A stretch of 64,000 bases of DNA from Spirochaetia bacterium (GCA_965203905.1 CBDBDQ010000005.1:640001-704000), one strand, 5' to 3'; numbered from the stretch's first letter, positions 48,054 through 58,107 are shown. Notes: generated by a model not told the origin, from the sequence alone. Program-made: numbers and translations.

Positions 48054-49676
48054 TCAGCGCAGGTCGGCCGGCAGCACCGGATAACGGCGCTCGCCCATCT
48101 CGAACTGCTGGCCGCCGTTGTAGTAGGACAGCACCTTGTCGACGTCGCCCAGCTTCTTGATCTCGGCGATGAAGTCGTCCCATTCGGACAGGTCACGGTC
48201 GCCGGTGATGAACTTGATGCGTTCTTCCTCGACGAAGGTGTTGACCGGGGTCATGATCTTGCTGATCTCGTCGTTCTGCTCGCCGCTCATCAGCGGCCGC
48301 GACCAGTTCACCAGCGGGATCATGTCGCCGGCCTGCAGCCGCTTGATGTCCGCCGCCATCGCCGCGCGCCCCACGTCATCCTTCTTGGTCTTGGAAAACC
48401 AGGTATTCGCAGTGTCGCTGAAGTGGATGTAGCGCGGGTCGTGGAGGTTGCCGACTCCCAGCGCCCGCAGTCCGGCGGAGTCGTTGGCGAACTCCGGCAG
48501 GACTTCGTAGGCGCCTTCGTCGTTGAACCGGAACGTCAGCCCCTCGATGCCCCACTCGTACAGCTCGGCACTCTTCTCCGACATGACATTGTCGACGTAC
48601 GCCGCCAGCAACTCGGGGTTCTTCACCTTGGAGTTGGCCATGTAGCCCCAGTAGGGGATGGTGTCGTGCGCCACCGTGATCCAGTAGTAGGTGTCACCCT
48701 CGAAGCTCGGCGGCTTCATCCCCTGGAATCCCTCGGGGGGCCGCTTGCCGGCTTCATAGTCCCAGATGCCGGTGGTCTGGCCGTAGTAGATGTAGGTAAA
48801 GGCGTAGTTGCCCTCTTCCTGCAGCTCACGCACGCGATCGGAGGTAATCGATTCGCCGATCGTGTCCAGGTTGAACGCGCCGGCCGCATACGCCTCGTGC
48901 ACGAATTCGATCAGTTTCCGGTAGTTCGGTTGAAACGGCCCATATACCCACGTCTCCGTGCTCTGATCGTACTCGACGCCCCGAATCTTCACGTTCATCG
49001 GACGGGCAAAGGCGTGCAGGAAGTAGCCCAGCCCCCACTGGGTGAGGAACGCGTCGACGTCCGGCAGCTCGGCCTTGATCTGCTTCATCTGCTCCAGCCA
49101 CTCGGCCATCGTCTCCGGCGGGCCGTCGATCCCGGCCTGCGCCAGGATGTTGGCGTTGTAGAAGTAGCCCTCGCCGATGTACTCGCCGGTGAGGATGTCA
49201 TTGATGGCGAAGCGCTCACCCTTTTCGGTCAGCACGTTGTTGACGTGCGGGAACTCGGCGGCCCAGCGCTGCATGTTGGGCATGTACTCCTTGTACTTGT
49301 CCCAATCCAGGAAGATCCCCACCGGGCCATAGGTGGCGGCCTTCGGCACCGACTCCCGCGCCCACACGATGTCGGGCATGTCGCCCGATTGCAGGTACAG
49401 GTTGAGCTTGGTGTCGTAGTCGTTCCACGGCACCGAGCTCCATTCGATCCTCGCGTTGCCGGTGGTCTCGCGATACGCCTGCACCACCGGTGCCTCCGGA
49501 TCCTCGTCGATCCCGAGATCGGCCACGAAGCCGTCCCAGACGACCTCTTCCCCGGTCCATGGCAACATGGCGCCCGGCGCCGTGCCGGCACCCGTGCCCT
49601 CGCCCTCGCCGGTGGCAAACAGCGGTCCGGCCGACAGCAGCAGCGCCGCCATCAGCCCTAAAGTAAGTTTGGACAT
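48054..49676 (-). CDS. Carbohydrate ABC substrate-binding protein, paralogue 1
   Basis: Signal 'MSKLTL..LFATGE', 'KLNL...SGDMPD', 'WGIEG.T', 'FITG.RD.SEWD.F'; RBS AAGGAGG. Confidence 0.9.
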   Translation of the reverse strand: MSKLTLGLMAALLLSAGPLFATGEGEGTGAGTAPGAMLPWTGEEVVWDGFVADLGIDEDPEAPVVQAYRETTGNARIEWSSVPWNDYDTKLNLYLQSGDMPDIVWARESVPKAATYGPVGIFLDWDKYKEYMPNMQRWAAEFPHVNNVLTEKGERFAINDILTGEYIGEGYFYNANILAQAGIDGPPETMAEWLEQMKQIKAELPDVDAFLTQWGLGYFLHAFARPMNVKIRGVEYDQSTETWVYGPFQPNYRKLIEFVHEAYAAGAFNLDTIGESITSDRVRELQEEGNYAFTYIYYGQTTGIWDYEAGKRPPEGFQGMKPPSFEGDTYYWITVAHDTIPYWGYMANSKVKNPELLAAYVDNVMSEKSAELYEWGIEGLTFRFNDEGAYEVLPEFANDSAGLRALGVGNLHDPRYIHFSDTANTWFSKTKKDDVGRAAMAADIKRLQAGDMIPLVNWSRPLMSGEQNDEISKIMTPVNTFVEEERIKFITGDRDLSEWDDFIAEIKKLGDVDKVLSYYNGGQQFEMGERRYPVLPADLR

Positions 49677-49779
49677 AGTGTCCTCCTTAACCAGATTCGA
49701 TTGAGACGCCAACGGCGTCGGAAATTTCACGGTGTAGTGGCCGATTCTACACCACGGCAGGACCTTGCGGGCAGAACCC

Positions 49780-49822
49780 AAAAAAGAGGCCGGACGATCA
49801 CAAGATTGGATCCCCCGGCCTC
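49780..49822 (-). terminator. Intrinsic terminator after SBP paralogue 2
   Basis: GAGGCCGG/CCGGCCTC stem followed by T6 on the minus strand. Confidence 0.7.
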
Positions 49823-49848
49823 CGGGTCGGCCTCCGGTGCCCCGCGGC

Positions 49849-51480
49849 TCAGCGCAGGTCGGCCGGCAGCGTGGGATAGCGGCGCTCGCCCATCGGGAAC
49901 TGCTTGCCGCCGTTGTAGTAGGACAGCACCTTGTCGACGTCGCCCAGCTTGTTGATCTCGGCGACGAAGTCGTCCCACTCGGACATGTCGCGGTCGCCGG
50001 TGATGAACTTGATGCGCTCCTCCTCGACGAAGGTGTTGACCGGGGTCATGATCTTGCTGATCTCGTCGTTCTGCTCGCCGGTCATCAGCGGCCGCGGCCA
50101 GTTCACCAGCGGAATCATCTCGCCGGCCTGCAGCCGCTTGATGTCCGCCGCCGCCGCCGTGCGGCCCACGTCATCCTTCTTGGTGAAGTACTTGCCGAAC
50201 CAGATCAGGTCGTAGTCGTTGTATTGGATGTAGCGCGGGTCGTGGAAGTTGCCCACGCCCAGCTCGCGCAGTCCGGCGGAGTCGTCGGCGAACTCCGGCA
50301 GGTACTCGTAGCCGCCGTCATCGGTGCGCCGGAAGGTCAGCCCCTCGATGCCCCACTCGAACAGCTCGTAGGTCTTCACCGACATGTTGTTGTCGACGTA
50401 CGCCGCCAGCAACTCGGGGTTCTTTACCTTGGAGCTGGCCATGTAGCCCCAGTAGGGGATGGTGTCGTGCGCCACGGTGATCCAGTAGTAGGTGTTGCCC
50501 TCGAAGCTGGGCGGCTTCATCCCCTGGAATCCCTCGGGCGGCCGCTTGCCGGCAGCGTAGTCCCAGGTGTTCGCAGTCTCGAAGTAGTAGAAGTAGGTAA
50601 ACGCGTAGTTGCCCTCCTCCTGCAGCTCACGCACGCGGTCGGAGGTGATCGACTCGCCGATCGTATCCACGTTGAACGCGCCGGCGGCATACGCCTCGCG
50701 CATGAACTCGATCAGCTTCCGGTAGTTCGGGTCCTGGGTCGGACCGTAGACCCACTTGCCGAGTTCCTGGTCGTACTCGATACCCCTGACCTTGGCGTTC
50801 ATCGGCCGCCCGAACGCCTGCAGGAAGTAGCCCAGTCCCCAATAGGTGAGGAACGCGTCGACGTCCGGCAGCTCGGCCTTGATCTGCTTCATCTGCTCCA
50901 GCCACTCGGCCATCGTCTCCGGCGGGCCGTCGATCCCGGCCTGCGCCAGGATGTTGGCATTGTAGAAGTAGCCCTCGCCGATGTACTCGGCGGTGGTGAT
51001 GCCGTTGATGGCGAAGCGCTCGCCCTTGTCGGTCAGCACGTTGTTGACGTGCGGGAACTCGGCGGCCCAGCGCTGCATGTTGGGCATGTACTCCTTGTAC
51101 TGGTCCCAATCCAGGAAGATCCCCACCGGACCGTAGGTGGCGGCCTTGGGCACCGACTCGCGCGCCCACACGATGTCGGGCATGTCGCCCGATTGCAGGT
51201 ACAGGTTGAGCTTGGTGTCGTAGTCGTTCCACGGCACCGTGTCCCATTCTATCCTCACGTTGCCGGTCGTCTCGCGGTACGCCTGCACTACCGGGGCCTC
51301 CGGATCCTCCTGGATCCCGAGATCCGCCCCGAAGCCATTGTAGACGACTTCCGCGCCGGTCCACGGCAAGATGGCGCCCGGTGCCATGTCGGCGCCCGCG
51401 GCCTCATCCTCCCCGGTGGCAAACAGCGGACCGGCCGCCAGCAACAGTGCGGCCATCAGCACTAATGTAAGTTTGGACAT
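49849..51480 (-). CDS. Carbohydrate ABC substrate-binding protein, paralogue 2
   Basis: Long blocks identical to paralogue 1; tandem duplicate. Confidence 0.9.
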   Translation of the reverse strand: MSKLTLVLMAALLLAAGPLFATGEDEAAGADMAPGAILPWTGAEVVYNGFGADLGIQEDPEAPVVQAYRETTGNVRIEWDTVPWNDYDTKLNLYLQSGDMPDIVWARESVPKAATYGPVGIFLDWDQYKEYMPNMQRWAAEFPHVNNVLTDKGERFAINGITTAEYIGEGYFYNANILAQAGIDGPPETMAEWLEQMKQIKAELPDVDAFLTYWGLGYFLQAFGRPMNAKVRGIEYDQELGKWVYGPTQDPNYRKLIEFMREAYAAGAFNVDTIGESITSDRVRELQEEGNYAFTYFYYFETANTWDYAAGKRPPEGFQGMKPPSFEGNTYYWITVAHDTIPYWGYMASSKVKNPELLAAYVDNNMSVKTYELFEWGIEGLTFRRTDDGGYEYLPEFADDSAGLRELGVGNFHDPRYIQYNDYDLIWFGKYFTKKDDVGRTAAAADIKRLQAGEMIPLVNWPRPLMTGEQNDEISKIMTPVNTFVEEERIKFITGDRDMSEWDDFVAEINKLGDVDKVLSYYNGGKQFPMGERRYPTLPADLR

Positions 51481-51547
51481 AGTGTCCTCCTCAACCAGGT
51501 TATTCGCGACGCCAACGGCGTCCGGTAATATGCAAACCGGGAGCCGA

Positions 51548-52423
51548 TCATGCCTTGATCGCCCCGATCATCATTCCCTTGGTGAAGTACTTCTGCAGGA
51601 ATGGGTAGACGCACAGAATGGGGGCGATTGTGATGATGACGGCGGCTCCCTTCACGGTACGCGAGCTGATGTTCTGAATGACCTCCAGGATCGTGCTGTT
51701 TTCCACGTCGCGGAAGTCCAGCAGCACCAGGATGCGCCGCAGGAAGAGCTGGATCGGCTGCTTGTCCTGGTCGCGCAGGAAAATCAGGGACCAGAAGAAA
51801 TCGTTCCAGAACATCACCGCCGTATACAGTGCAAAGGTAGCAAACAACGGTTTCGACAGTGGCATGATGATGCGCCATAACACGGTGAAGTGACCGGCTC
51901 CGTCGATGCTCGCCGATTCGCGCAGTGACGACGGAATATTGGCAAAGAAGGTGCGGAAGATCATTACGTTGAACGCGGAGATGGCGGGCGGCAGCACCAG
52001 CGCCCACATGGTGTCGACCAACCCAAGTCTGAGCACCACGAGGTAGGTAGGTACCAAGCCCCCGGAAAAGAAGAGCGAAATGACGAGCAGAATGGAGACC
52101 AGCTTGCCGCCACGGAAGTCGCGGAAGGTGAGAGGATAAGCCATCATCGAAGTGCTGATCAACATGATCAAGGTGCCGGTGCCGGCGTAGTTGATGGTGT
52201 TGAGATAGAAGCGCAGAATCCTGTCGTCGGAGAGCAGCAATCGATACGCATTCAGCGAGTATCCGATCGGCCAGATGCCGACGGTGGCGTTACCGAGCTT
52301 GTCGGCGTCGCTGAGCGAAAGTGCGAGCGTCATCACGACGGGGTAGAGAAAGCAGGCGCTCATGACTACCAGGATGGCGTAGTTGAAGATGTCGAAGGCG
52401 TTGGCCTTGTGCTCTACCCACAT
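51548..52423 (-). CDS. Carbohydrate ABC permease (MalG/LplC-like)
   Basis: 'FSGGLVP.Y', EAA loop 'LRESA.IDGA', 'WNDFF', 'YPFLQKYF.KG'. Confidence 0.93.
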   Translation of the reverse strand: MWVEHKANAFDIFNYAILVVMSACFLYPVVMTLALSLSDADKLGNATVGIWPIGYSLNAYRLLLSDDRILRFYLNTINYAGTGTLIMLISTSMMAYPLTFRDFRGGKLVSILLVISLFFSGGLVPTYLVVLRLGLVDTMWALVLPPAISAFNVMIFRTFFANIPSSLRESASIDGAGHFTVLWRIIMPLSKPLFATFALYTAVMFWNDFFWSLIFLRDQDKQPIQLFLRRILVLLDFRDVENSTILEVIQNISSRTVKGAAVIITIAPILCVYPFLQKYFTKGMMIGAIKA

Positions 52424-52439
52424 GCTTCGAGGCCCCGGA

Positions 52440-53435
52440 TCACCATAGTGAAGTCTCGTTCACGGCCCGCGCTACACGGTTGGTGATGATAAGGAAAATC
52501 AGCGAAATGAGCGCGGTAAACACGCCAACCGCGGTGGAGTAACTGAAGTTGGAGCCCTCGCTCTCGATGCCCACCCGGTAGATGTAAGTGGACAAGACGT
52601 CCGCGGTCTCATAGGTAAACGGACTGTACATGAGCAGAATCTTCTGAAAGTCGGTGGCCAGGATGCCGCCGACGGCGAGGATGAAGAGAATCACGATCAC
52701 CGGGAGGATCGAAGGAATGGTGATGTGCCACACCTGGCGGAAGCGCTTGGCACCGTCGATCACCGCCGATTCGTAGAGCTCCGGATTGATGTTCGCAATC
52801 GCCGCCAGGTAGAGGATGGAGGAGAATCCGATCTGGGCCCAGATCCCGGAGATGATGTAGAGTGGCGGAAACCAGAGCGGGCGCAGGAAGAAGGGGATGC
52901 GCTCGCCGCCCAAGCCGGCGATGACGGCGTTCACGATGCCGTCGTTGGGACTGGTGAACTCCCGCAGCAGGCCGATGACCACCACCGTCGAGATGAAGTA
53001 GGGCATGTAGGAGATGGTCTGGGTGACGCGCTTGAAACCGACGCTGCGCAGCTCGTTGAGCAGCAGCGCCAGCACGATCGGGGCGGGAAAGCTGAACGCC
53101 AGGGTGTACACGCCGAGCAGCAGGGTGTTCCGCATCAGGCGAAAGAAGTAGGGATCGTTGAAGAAATCGATGTAGTGCTTGAAGCCCACCCACTTGCTGC
53201 CGAGCACGCCGAGGGCGGGATGGAACTGCTGGAAGCCGATGACGATGCCCCACATCGGCAGGTACTTGAACAGCAGCAGGTTCAGCAGTCCGGGAATGAG
53301 CATCACGTAGAGGGCGGGGTTCCGGCGCACGTACCTCCACCACGAGCCCTTCTCGTGAACCGATGGCCCGAGCGAATCGATACTGGTAATGCCACGCTCG
53401 ACGTTGAAAGTCGACATCCTTGTTCCCGAACTCAT
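52440..53435 (-). CDS. Carbohydrate ABC permease (MalF/LplB-like)
   Basis: 'KYLPM.G', 'WVG.KH', 'ALLLNE', 'LYESA.IDGA'; alternative start at 53417. Confidence 0.93.
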   Translation of the reverse strand: MSSGTRMSTFNVERGITSIDSLGPSVHEKGSWWRYVRRNPALYVMLIPGLLNLLLFKYLPMWGIVIGFQQFHPALGVLGSKWVGFKHYIDFFNDPYFFRLMRNTLLLGVYTLAFSFPAPIVLALLLNELRSVGFKRVTQTISYMPYFISTVVVIGLLREFTSPNDGIVNAVIAGLGGERIPFFLRPLWFPPLYIISGIWAQIGFSSILYLAAIANINPELYESAVIDGAKRFRQVWHITIPSILPVIVILFILAVGGILATDFQKILLMYSPFTYETADVLSTYIYRVGIESEGSNFSYSTAVGVFTALISLIFLIITNRVARAVNETSLW

Positions 53436-53437
53436 GG

Positions 53438-53615
53438 AGCTTATACGGTACCGGTCGCCCTGTCAATCCAGTCCCCTTGCACCCGCGCAGGAGTGCGCCT
53501 GCGCCGGCTACCAGCGCGCCCCAGCCAAACCTGCCGGAGCGAACGCCCTCGCTGCCCCGGAACCGCAGCCTGACGCCGAGCTCCGGTTGACAAGCTGGCG
53601 CTATTGCCGTATCTC
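53438..53615. promoter_or_regulatory. Back-to-back sigma70-type promoters
   Basis: Minus: TTGACA(53466-53461)-17-TAAGCT; plus: TTGACA(53587)-17-TATCTC. Confidence 0.5.
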
Positions 53616-53624
53616 CGTCACAGG

Positions 53625-54500
53625 ATGATGGTCCGCCCACGTTTCTCGATCTTCGACTTCCTCATCTATCTGTTCCTCATCCTGCTCAGCCTGTCGTTTC
53701 TTTACCCCATCGCCAATCAGCTTGCGCTGTCGATCAGCGACGCCGGCGAACTCGGTTGGCAAGGGGTCACCGTCATACCGGTCGGTTTCAGTACCGACTC
53801 CTACCGCGCCCTGCTCTCCAGCGACGTCATTCTGCGCTATTACATCAATACGATCAAGTACGCTTCCGTCGGTACCTTCATCATGATCGCCACTACGTCT
53901 CTGATGGCCTATCCACTCACCTTCCGCGAACTTCGCGGCCGCAAGCTGGTCATGGTCCTGCTCGTCATCACGATATTTTTCTCCGGCGGCCTGGTGCCTT
54001 ACTATCTCCTGGTGCTTGCCCTCGGACTGGTCGATACGATTTGGGCCTTGGTGCTGCCCAACGCCATCGTCGCCTGGAACGTGATCATCTTTCGCACTTT
54101 CTTTCGCACCGTTCCCGACGCTCTCCGGGAGTCCGCGCACATCGACGGCGCCGGCCACTTCCTGGTGCTGTTCAGGATTGTACTGCCGCTCTCCAAGCCG
54201 CTGCTGGCAACCTTCGTGCTGTTCTCGTTGGTCGGCTTCTGGAACGATTACTTCTGGGCACTCATCTTCCTGCGCGATCAGGACAAGCAACCGATTCAGT
54301 TGTTTCTCCGGCGCATTCTCATTCTCGTCGGTCTGGAGGGCATCGAGAATACCTCCGCCCTGCAGGTAATGAACAACATCAGCTCACGGACCGCGAAAGC
54401 AGCGGCTCTCATCATCACTATCACACCGATCCTGTGCGTGTACCCGTTCCTGCAGAAGTATTTTACCAAGGGTCTGGTCATCGGCTCGCTCAAGGACTGA
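53625..54500 (+). CDS. Second MalG/LplC-like permease, divergently transcribed
   Basis: Close paralogue of 51548-52423, sharing 'LIFLRDQDKQPIQLFLRRIL'. Confidence 0.92.
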   Translation: MMVRPRFSIFDFLIYLFLILLSLSFLYPIANQLALSISDAGELGWQGVTVIPVGFSTDSYRALLSSDVILRYYINTIKYASVGTFIMIATTSLMAYPLTFRELRGRKLVMVLLVITIFFSGGLVPYYLLVLALGLVDTIWALVLPNAIVAWNVIIFRTFFRTVPDALRESAHIDGAGHFLVLFRIVLPLSKPLLATFVLFSLVGFWNDYFWALIFLRDQDKQPIQLFLRRILILVGLEGIENTSALQVMNNISSRTAKAAALIITITPILCVYPFLQKYFTKGLVIGSLKD

Positions 54501-54556
54501 GCCAACGAGCCAACACTTTGCTTGACCGCGCGTTGTAACCCGGCCTAGGCTGTCCC

Positions 54557-57418
54557 ATGGCCTGCCACTTCCCGCACCTCCTGGATCCGCGCATCCATCC
54601 TGACGACAGCCGCCGTTGTGTCAGGGTTCCCACCTGGGAGACCTTCGAGCACACCACCCAGTTCATCACCCTGCGCGACCTGACCCAGACCTCCTGGCGC
54701 GAGGACCTGGAACGCTACACCGAGGAATTCAAGCTGGGACGCATCGTGTGGCCGCTGCTCAACCTGCTCCACTGCGGTCACCTGGCCCAGGTGCTGGAGG
54801 AAATACGCCGCCGCGGCCTCTACCTGTTCGACCTCTGGAGCTACGTTCCCGGCTCGCCCCTGGAGGCGCAGTGGTCCAACATCACGCCCCCTGCCGGCAT
54901 GGTGCGGCACCTGCGACGGACCCTCGGCGACCGCTTTCTGGGCATCGACAACGGCGAGCAGGACGGTCGCTACATCTGGGCCACCGCCGAGCAGCAGTGT
55001 CCGCGGACGCAATCACGGTTCGCTCAATACCTCAGCTTTCAGCGCCACTTCCAGAAGCTCTGCGACGAGCTGGGCAACCACATGACCGCGCTCTCCTCGC
55101 TGACCCTCGGCCACTACTTCCTGAAGGAGGGCAACCACGTTCTGCTGGGCGCCGAGACCGCGCAGGCGCTGCCCAACAGCCAGCTCTACTACGCCTTCAT
55201 CCGCGGTGCGGGCAAGCAGTACGGCGTACATTGGTTCGGCAACGCGTCGGTGTTCAACCGCTGGGGATGGAAGGACTACGGCCCGCCCAAGCGCGACGGC
55301 AGGTACCGCTCCGGTCCCGAGGAAGGGTCCAGCCTCAACCTCCTGAAGCGGCTGCTGTATACCCACTACCTGTACAACTGCGTGGCCGTGGGCTTCGAGA
55401 GCGGCTGGCTGACCGAGTCGCCGCCGTACGCGCTCACCCCGGTCGGGGAGATCCAGCGCGGCGGCGTGGAGTTCGTGGCGCGCCACGGCCAGCCGGGGGT
55501 GATGCACACTCCGGCTGCGCTACTGCTGGACTTCTTCTCCGGCTGGGTGCCGCCGCGCCACCTGTACACGCCGTACGTCTACCAGGTGTGGGGCGCGATG
55601 CCCTACGAAGCGGGCGACTACCTGACCCACGGCGTGCTGTCGCTGCTGCTGCCGGGGTACGAGGACGCCAGCTACTTCCACGACGAGCGCGGTTTTCTGA
55701 GCCCGACGCCGTTCGGGGACATGACCGACTGTCTGCTCTCCGACGCGCCGTTGTGGGTGCTGCGCCAGTACGGCCTCGTGGTGGCCGCGGGAGCGCTGGC
55801 CATGACCCGCGAGCTGGGTGACAAGCTGCGCGCCTTCGTGGCCGGCGGCGGCCACCTGGTGGTGACCGCCGCCAACGCGCGCGGCCTGCTGCCCGAGTTG
55901 ACGGTGGACGGCTCGGAGGACCGGGTCGAGGCGGGGGCCGCGATCGCCTGGGCCGACGGCGCGGAAGAGGCGGAGGAGCACGCCTTCCACCTGTGCCGTG
56001 CCGCGCTGCCCGCCGGGGCCGAGGTGCTGGCCACCTGCGGCGAGCTGCCCTGCGTGGTGCGGTTGGCACACGGCGCCGGGCAGGTCACCCTGCTGTTGTC
56101 CCCCTACGGCCTGCCCGCGGACGCGCAGCACACCGGGCCGATCGAGAACGCAGAGGAAGAGCCGCTGGCGTGTCCTTTCGAGCTGCTGCGGCACGTGCGC
56201 CGGGCCCTGGCCGCGGCCTTTGCCGCCGAGCAGCTCTTCACGGTCGGCGACGGCCTGGGCTTCATCACCTGCCGCCGGGCCGCGGGCGACTACCTGCTGG
56301 CGCTGTACAACAACGGGCAGCGCGCCCTTCCCTGGCGCATCGCCTCCGGCTGCGGAACGATCCGCTCGGTGCAGGAGCTGGTGCTGGACCGGGCCGAGCA
56401 GGGCGCAGTGGGCCAGTGGCCCAAGGGGCACGACGGCACCGGAGCCGGCAGCAGCGACGCGCACACCATCGCCGGCGGCGACATCCGCCTGTTCGCGGTG
56501 TCGGTGGAGGAGCAAGGGGTGACCCTGCTCCCCGCGCCGCAGCCGCCGCCGCGCCCGCGCAACCGCCTGCTGGCGCTGCGCACGGCCGCCGCCGTGCAGC
56601 AGGAGATCCTGCGCCGGCCCACCTTCTTCGAGCACTTCGACGGCGTGAAGCTGGAGTGGAGCTACCTGCGCGATCGCGACGTCAGCCAGCTGCGGCGCGA
56701 GCAGGACTGGTTGGCGCGCCAGCAGGTGCGCGCGGTGGTGGACTTCAGCCACGACCTCAACCTGTTTCCGGGGCTCACCCTGCTGGACAGCTATCCGCCC
56801 CACTTCGCGGCCAGCGTGGCGGCGATCGACGACGTGCTGGCAAAGATGCGGATATGCCACGCCCGCGACGCGATCATCGCCATCCACCGCAAGCCGGAGA
56901 ACCACTGGAGCGACGAGCGCGCCCGGGCCGAGTTCACGACCCGGATCGGCGAGCTGTGCCGCCGTGCCGCGGACCACGGCGTGACCCTGCACCTGCAGAC
57001 CGATCACTGGAAACGGCTGCAGGACGGCGCCGCCCTGCTCGACCTGATCGCCGCGATCGACGAGCCGAACCTGCGCTACGCGCTCAACGTCGGCCACCTG
57101 TGGCCGGACGCCGAGCCGCCGGCAGAGGTGATCGAGCTCGTGGGCGAGCGTCTCGGTGCCGTGCTTCTGTGCGCGCCGCGGGTGGACCTCGCGGGCCAGA
57201 CCTACGACGCGCATCTGCCGGTCCACGGCAGCGGCATCGACCTCGCTGCGCTGGCCGGGGTGGGCGACGCGCTGTTCATCTTCGACGCGATCTACCCCGA
57301 CCGGGACGCCGAGTACCTGGACGTACAGGCGCTGAGCGCCGCGCTCGGCGGTACCGGTAGCACGCTCCTGCAGGCGAATGCTGGACAGATCCACCGTGTT
57401 GACTCAGAATTGCCATAA
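54557..57418 (+). CDS. Large uncharacterised multidomain protein, putative carbohydrate-active enzyme
   Basis: 953 aa; aromatic-rich N-term with 'GIDNGEQDG' and 'LGAETAQ'; 'LRAFVAGGGHLVV' glutamine-amidotransferase-like segment; C-term sugar-isomerase-like barrel. Confidence 0.6.
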   Translation: MACHFPHLLDPRIHPDDSRRCVRVPTWETFEHTTQFITLRDLTQTSWREDLERYTEEFKLGRIVWPLLNLLHCGHLAQVLEEIRRRGLYLFDLWSYVPGSPLEAQWSNITPPAGMVRHLRRTLGDRFLGIDNGEQDGRYIWATAEQQCPRTQSRFAQYLSFQRHFQKLCDELGNHMTALSSLTLGHYFLKEGNHVLLGAETAQALPNSQLYYAFIRGAGKQYGVHWFGNASVFNRWGWKDYGPPKRDGRYRSGPEEGSSLNLLKRLLYTHYLYNCVAVGFESGWLTESPPYALTPVGEIQRGGVEFVARHGQPGVMHTPAALLLDFFSGWVPPRHLYTPYVYQVWGAMPYEAGDYLTHGVLSLLLPGYEDASYFHDERGFLSPTPFGDMTDCLLSDAPLWVLRQYGLVVAAGALAMTRELGDKLRAFVAGGGHLVVTAANARGLLPELTVDGSEDRVEAGAAIAWADGAEEAEEHAFHLCRAALPAGAEVLATCGELPCVVRLAHGAGQVTLLLSPYGLPADAQHTGPIENAEEEPLACPFELLRHVRRALAAAFAAEQLFTVGDGLGFITCRRAAGDYLLALYNNGQRALPWRIASGCGTIRSVQELVLDRAEQGAVGQWPKGHDGTGAGSSDAHTIAGGDIRLFAVSVEEQGVTLLPAPQPPPRPRNRLLALRTAAAVQQEILRRPTFFEHFDGVKLEWSYLRDRDVSQLRREQDWLARQQVRAVVDFSHDLNLFPGLTLLDSYPPHFAASVAAIDDVLAKMRICHARDAIIAIHRKPENHWSDERARAEFTTRIGELCRRAADHGVTLHLQTDHWKRLQDGAALLDLIAAIDEPNLRYALNVGHLWPDAEPPAEVIELVGERLGAVLLCAPRVDLAGQTYDAHLPVHGSGIDLAALAGVGDALFIFDAIYPDRDAEYLDVQALSAALGGTGSTLLQANAGQIHRVDSELP

Positions 57419-58107
57419 TGGCGGACGACATCCACGGCGGCCTGCACCCCGCTAAGGTCCCCGCTTACACACCAACCGAGGCAGCGCGGATCATCAGGCG
57501 ACCGGTATCGACTGTACGATCGTGGACACGCGGCTCGCGCTATACGACCAGCTCCGGCCAGCATTTCTGGCCACCCGTGGTACCTGCCGATCCACCATAT
57601 ATGTCGTTTCAGAATCTGGTGGAGCTGTACGTGCTTTCCTCGCTGCGCAGATTCCACACTGTGCCGCTCAAGAACGTCCGCAGCGCTATCGCCTATCTCC
57701 GAGAGGCTGTACGAACCGATCATCCTCTAGCTGACTGTGACCTCCTCACTGACCGCTCAGACCTGTTCGTCGAGAAGGCGGGCAAGTACCTGAACCTCAG
57801 CCGCGCCGGCCAACTCGAAATGAAAGAGCAGCTAAATCAGTGCATGATGCAGGTCGACAGGGGAATGGATGGGTTTCCCGACAGACTACGGCTGATGGAC
57901 CCGAAGAACGAGTCAATCGTGGCGGCGGAAGTGGATCCGGCGATCAGGTTCGGGCAACCACGAATCCCCGGCACCGGCATCCCCACGGCGACCATCTACG
58001 AACGCAGCGCCCGTGAAACGGCAGAGCAGCTCGCTGCGGTATACGAACGGCCTGTGATCGAAGTGATCAGCGCAATCAGTTACGAGGAATCGAGCCGCGC
58101 GGCGTGA
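57418..58107 (+). CDS. HTH + DUF433 antitoxin (VapB45-like)
   Basis: 'PAYT..EAAR.....STVRSW', 'SF.NLVE', 'DP.IRFG.P.I.GTGIPT'. Confidence 0.85.
   Translation: MADDIHGGLHPAKVPAYTPTEAARIIRRPVSTVRSWTRGSRYTTSSGQHFWPPVVPADPPYMSFQNLVELYVLSSLRRFHTVPLKNVRSAIAYLREAVRTDHPLADCDLLTDRSDLFVEKAGKYLNLSRAGQLEMKEQLNQCMMQVDRGMDGFPDRLRLMDPKNESIVAAEVDPAIRFGQPRIPGTGIPTATIYERSARETAEQLAAVYERPVIEVISAISYEESSRAA

Noticed and set aside
48054-51480. Diversity-generating retroelement (template/variable repeat) explanation for the SBP pair
   Set aside because: Both copies are full genes, differences are not adenine-specific, and no reverse transcriptase is in the window.
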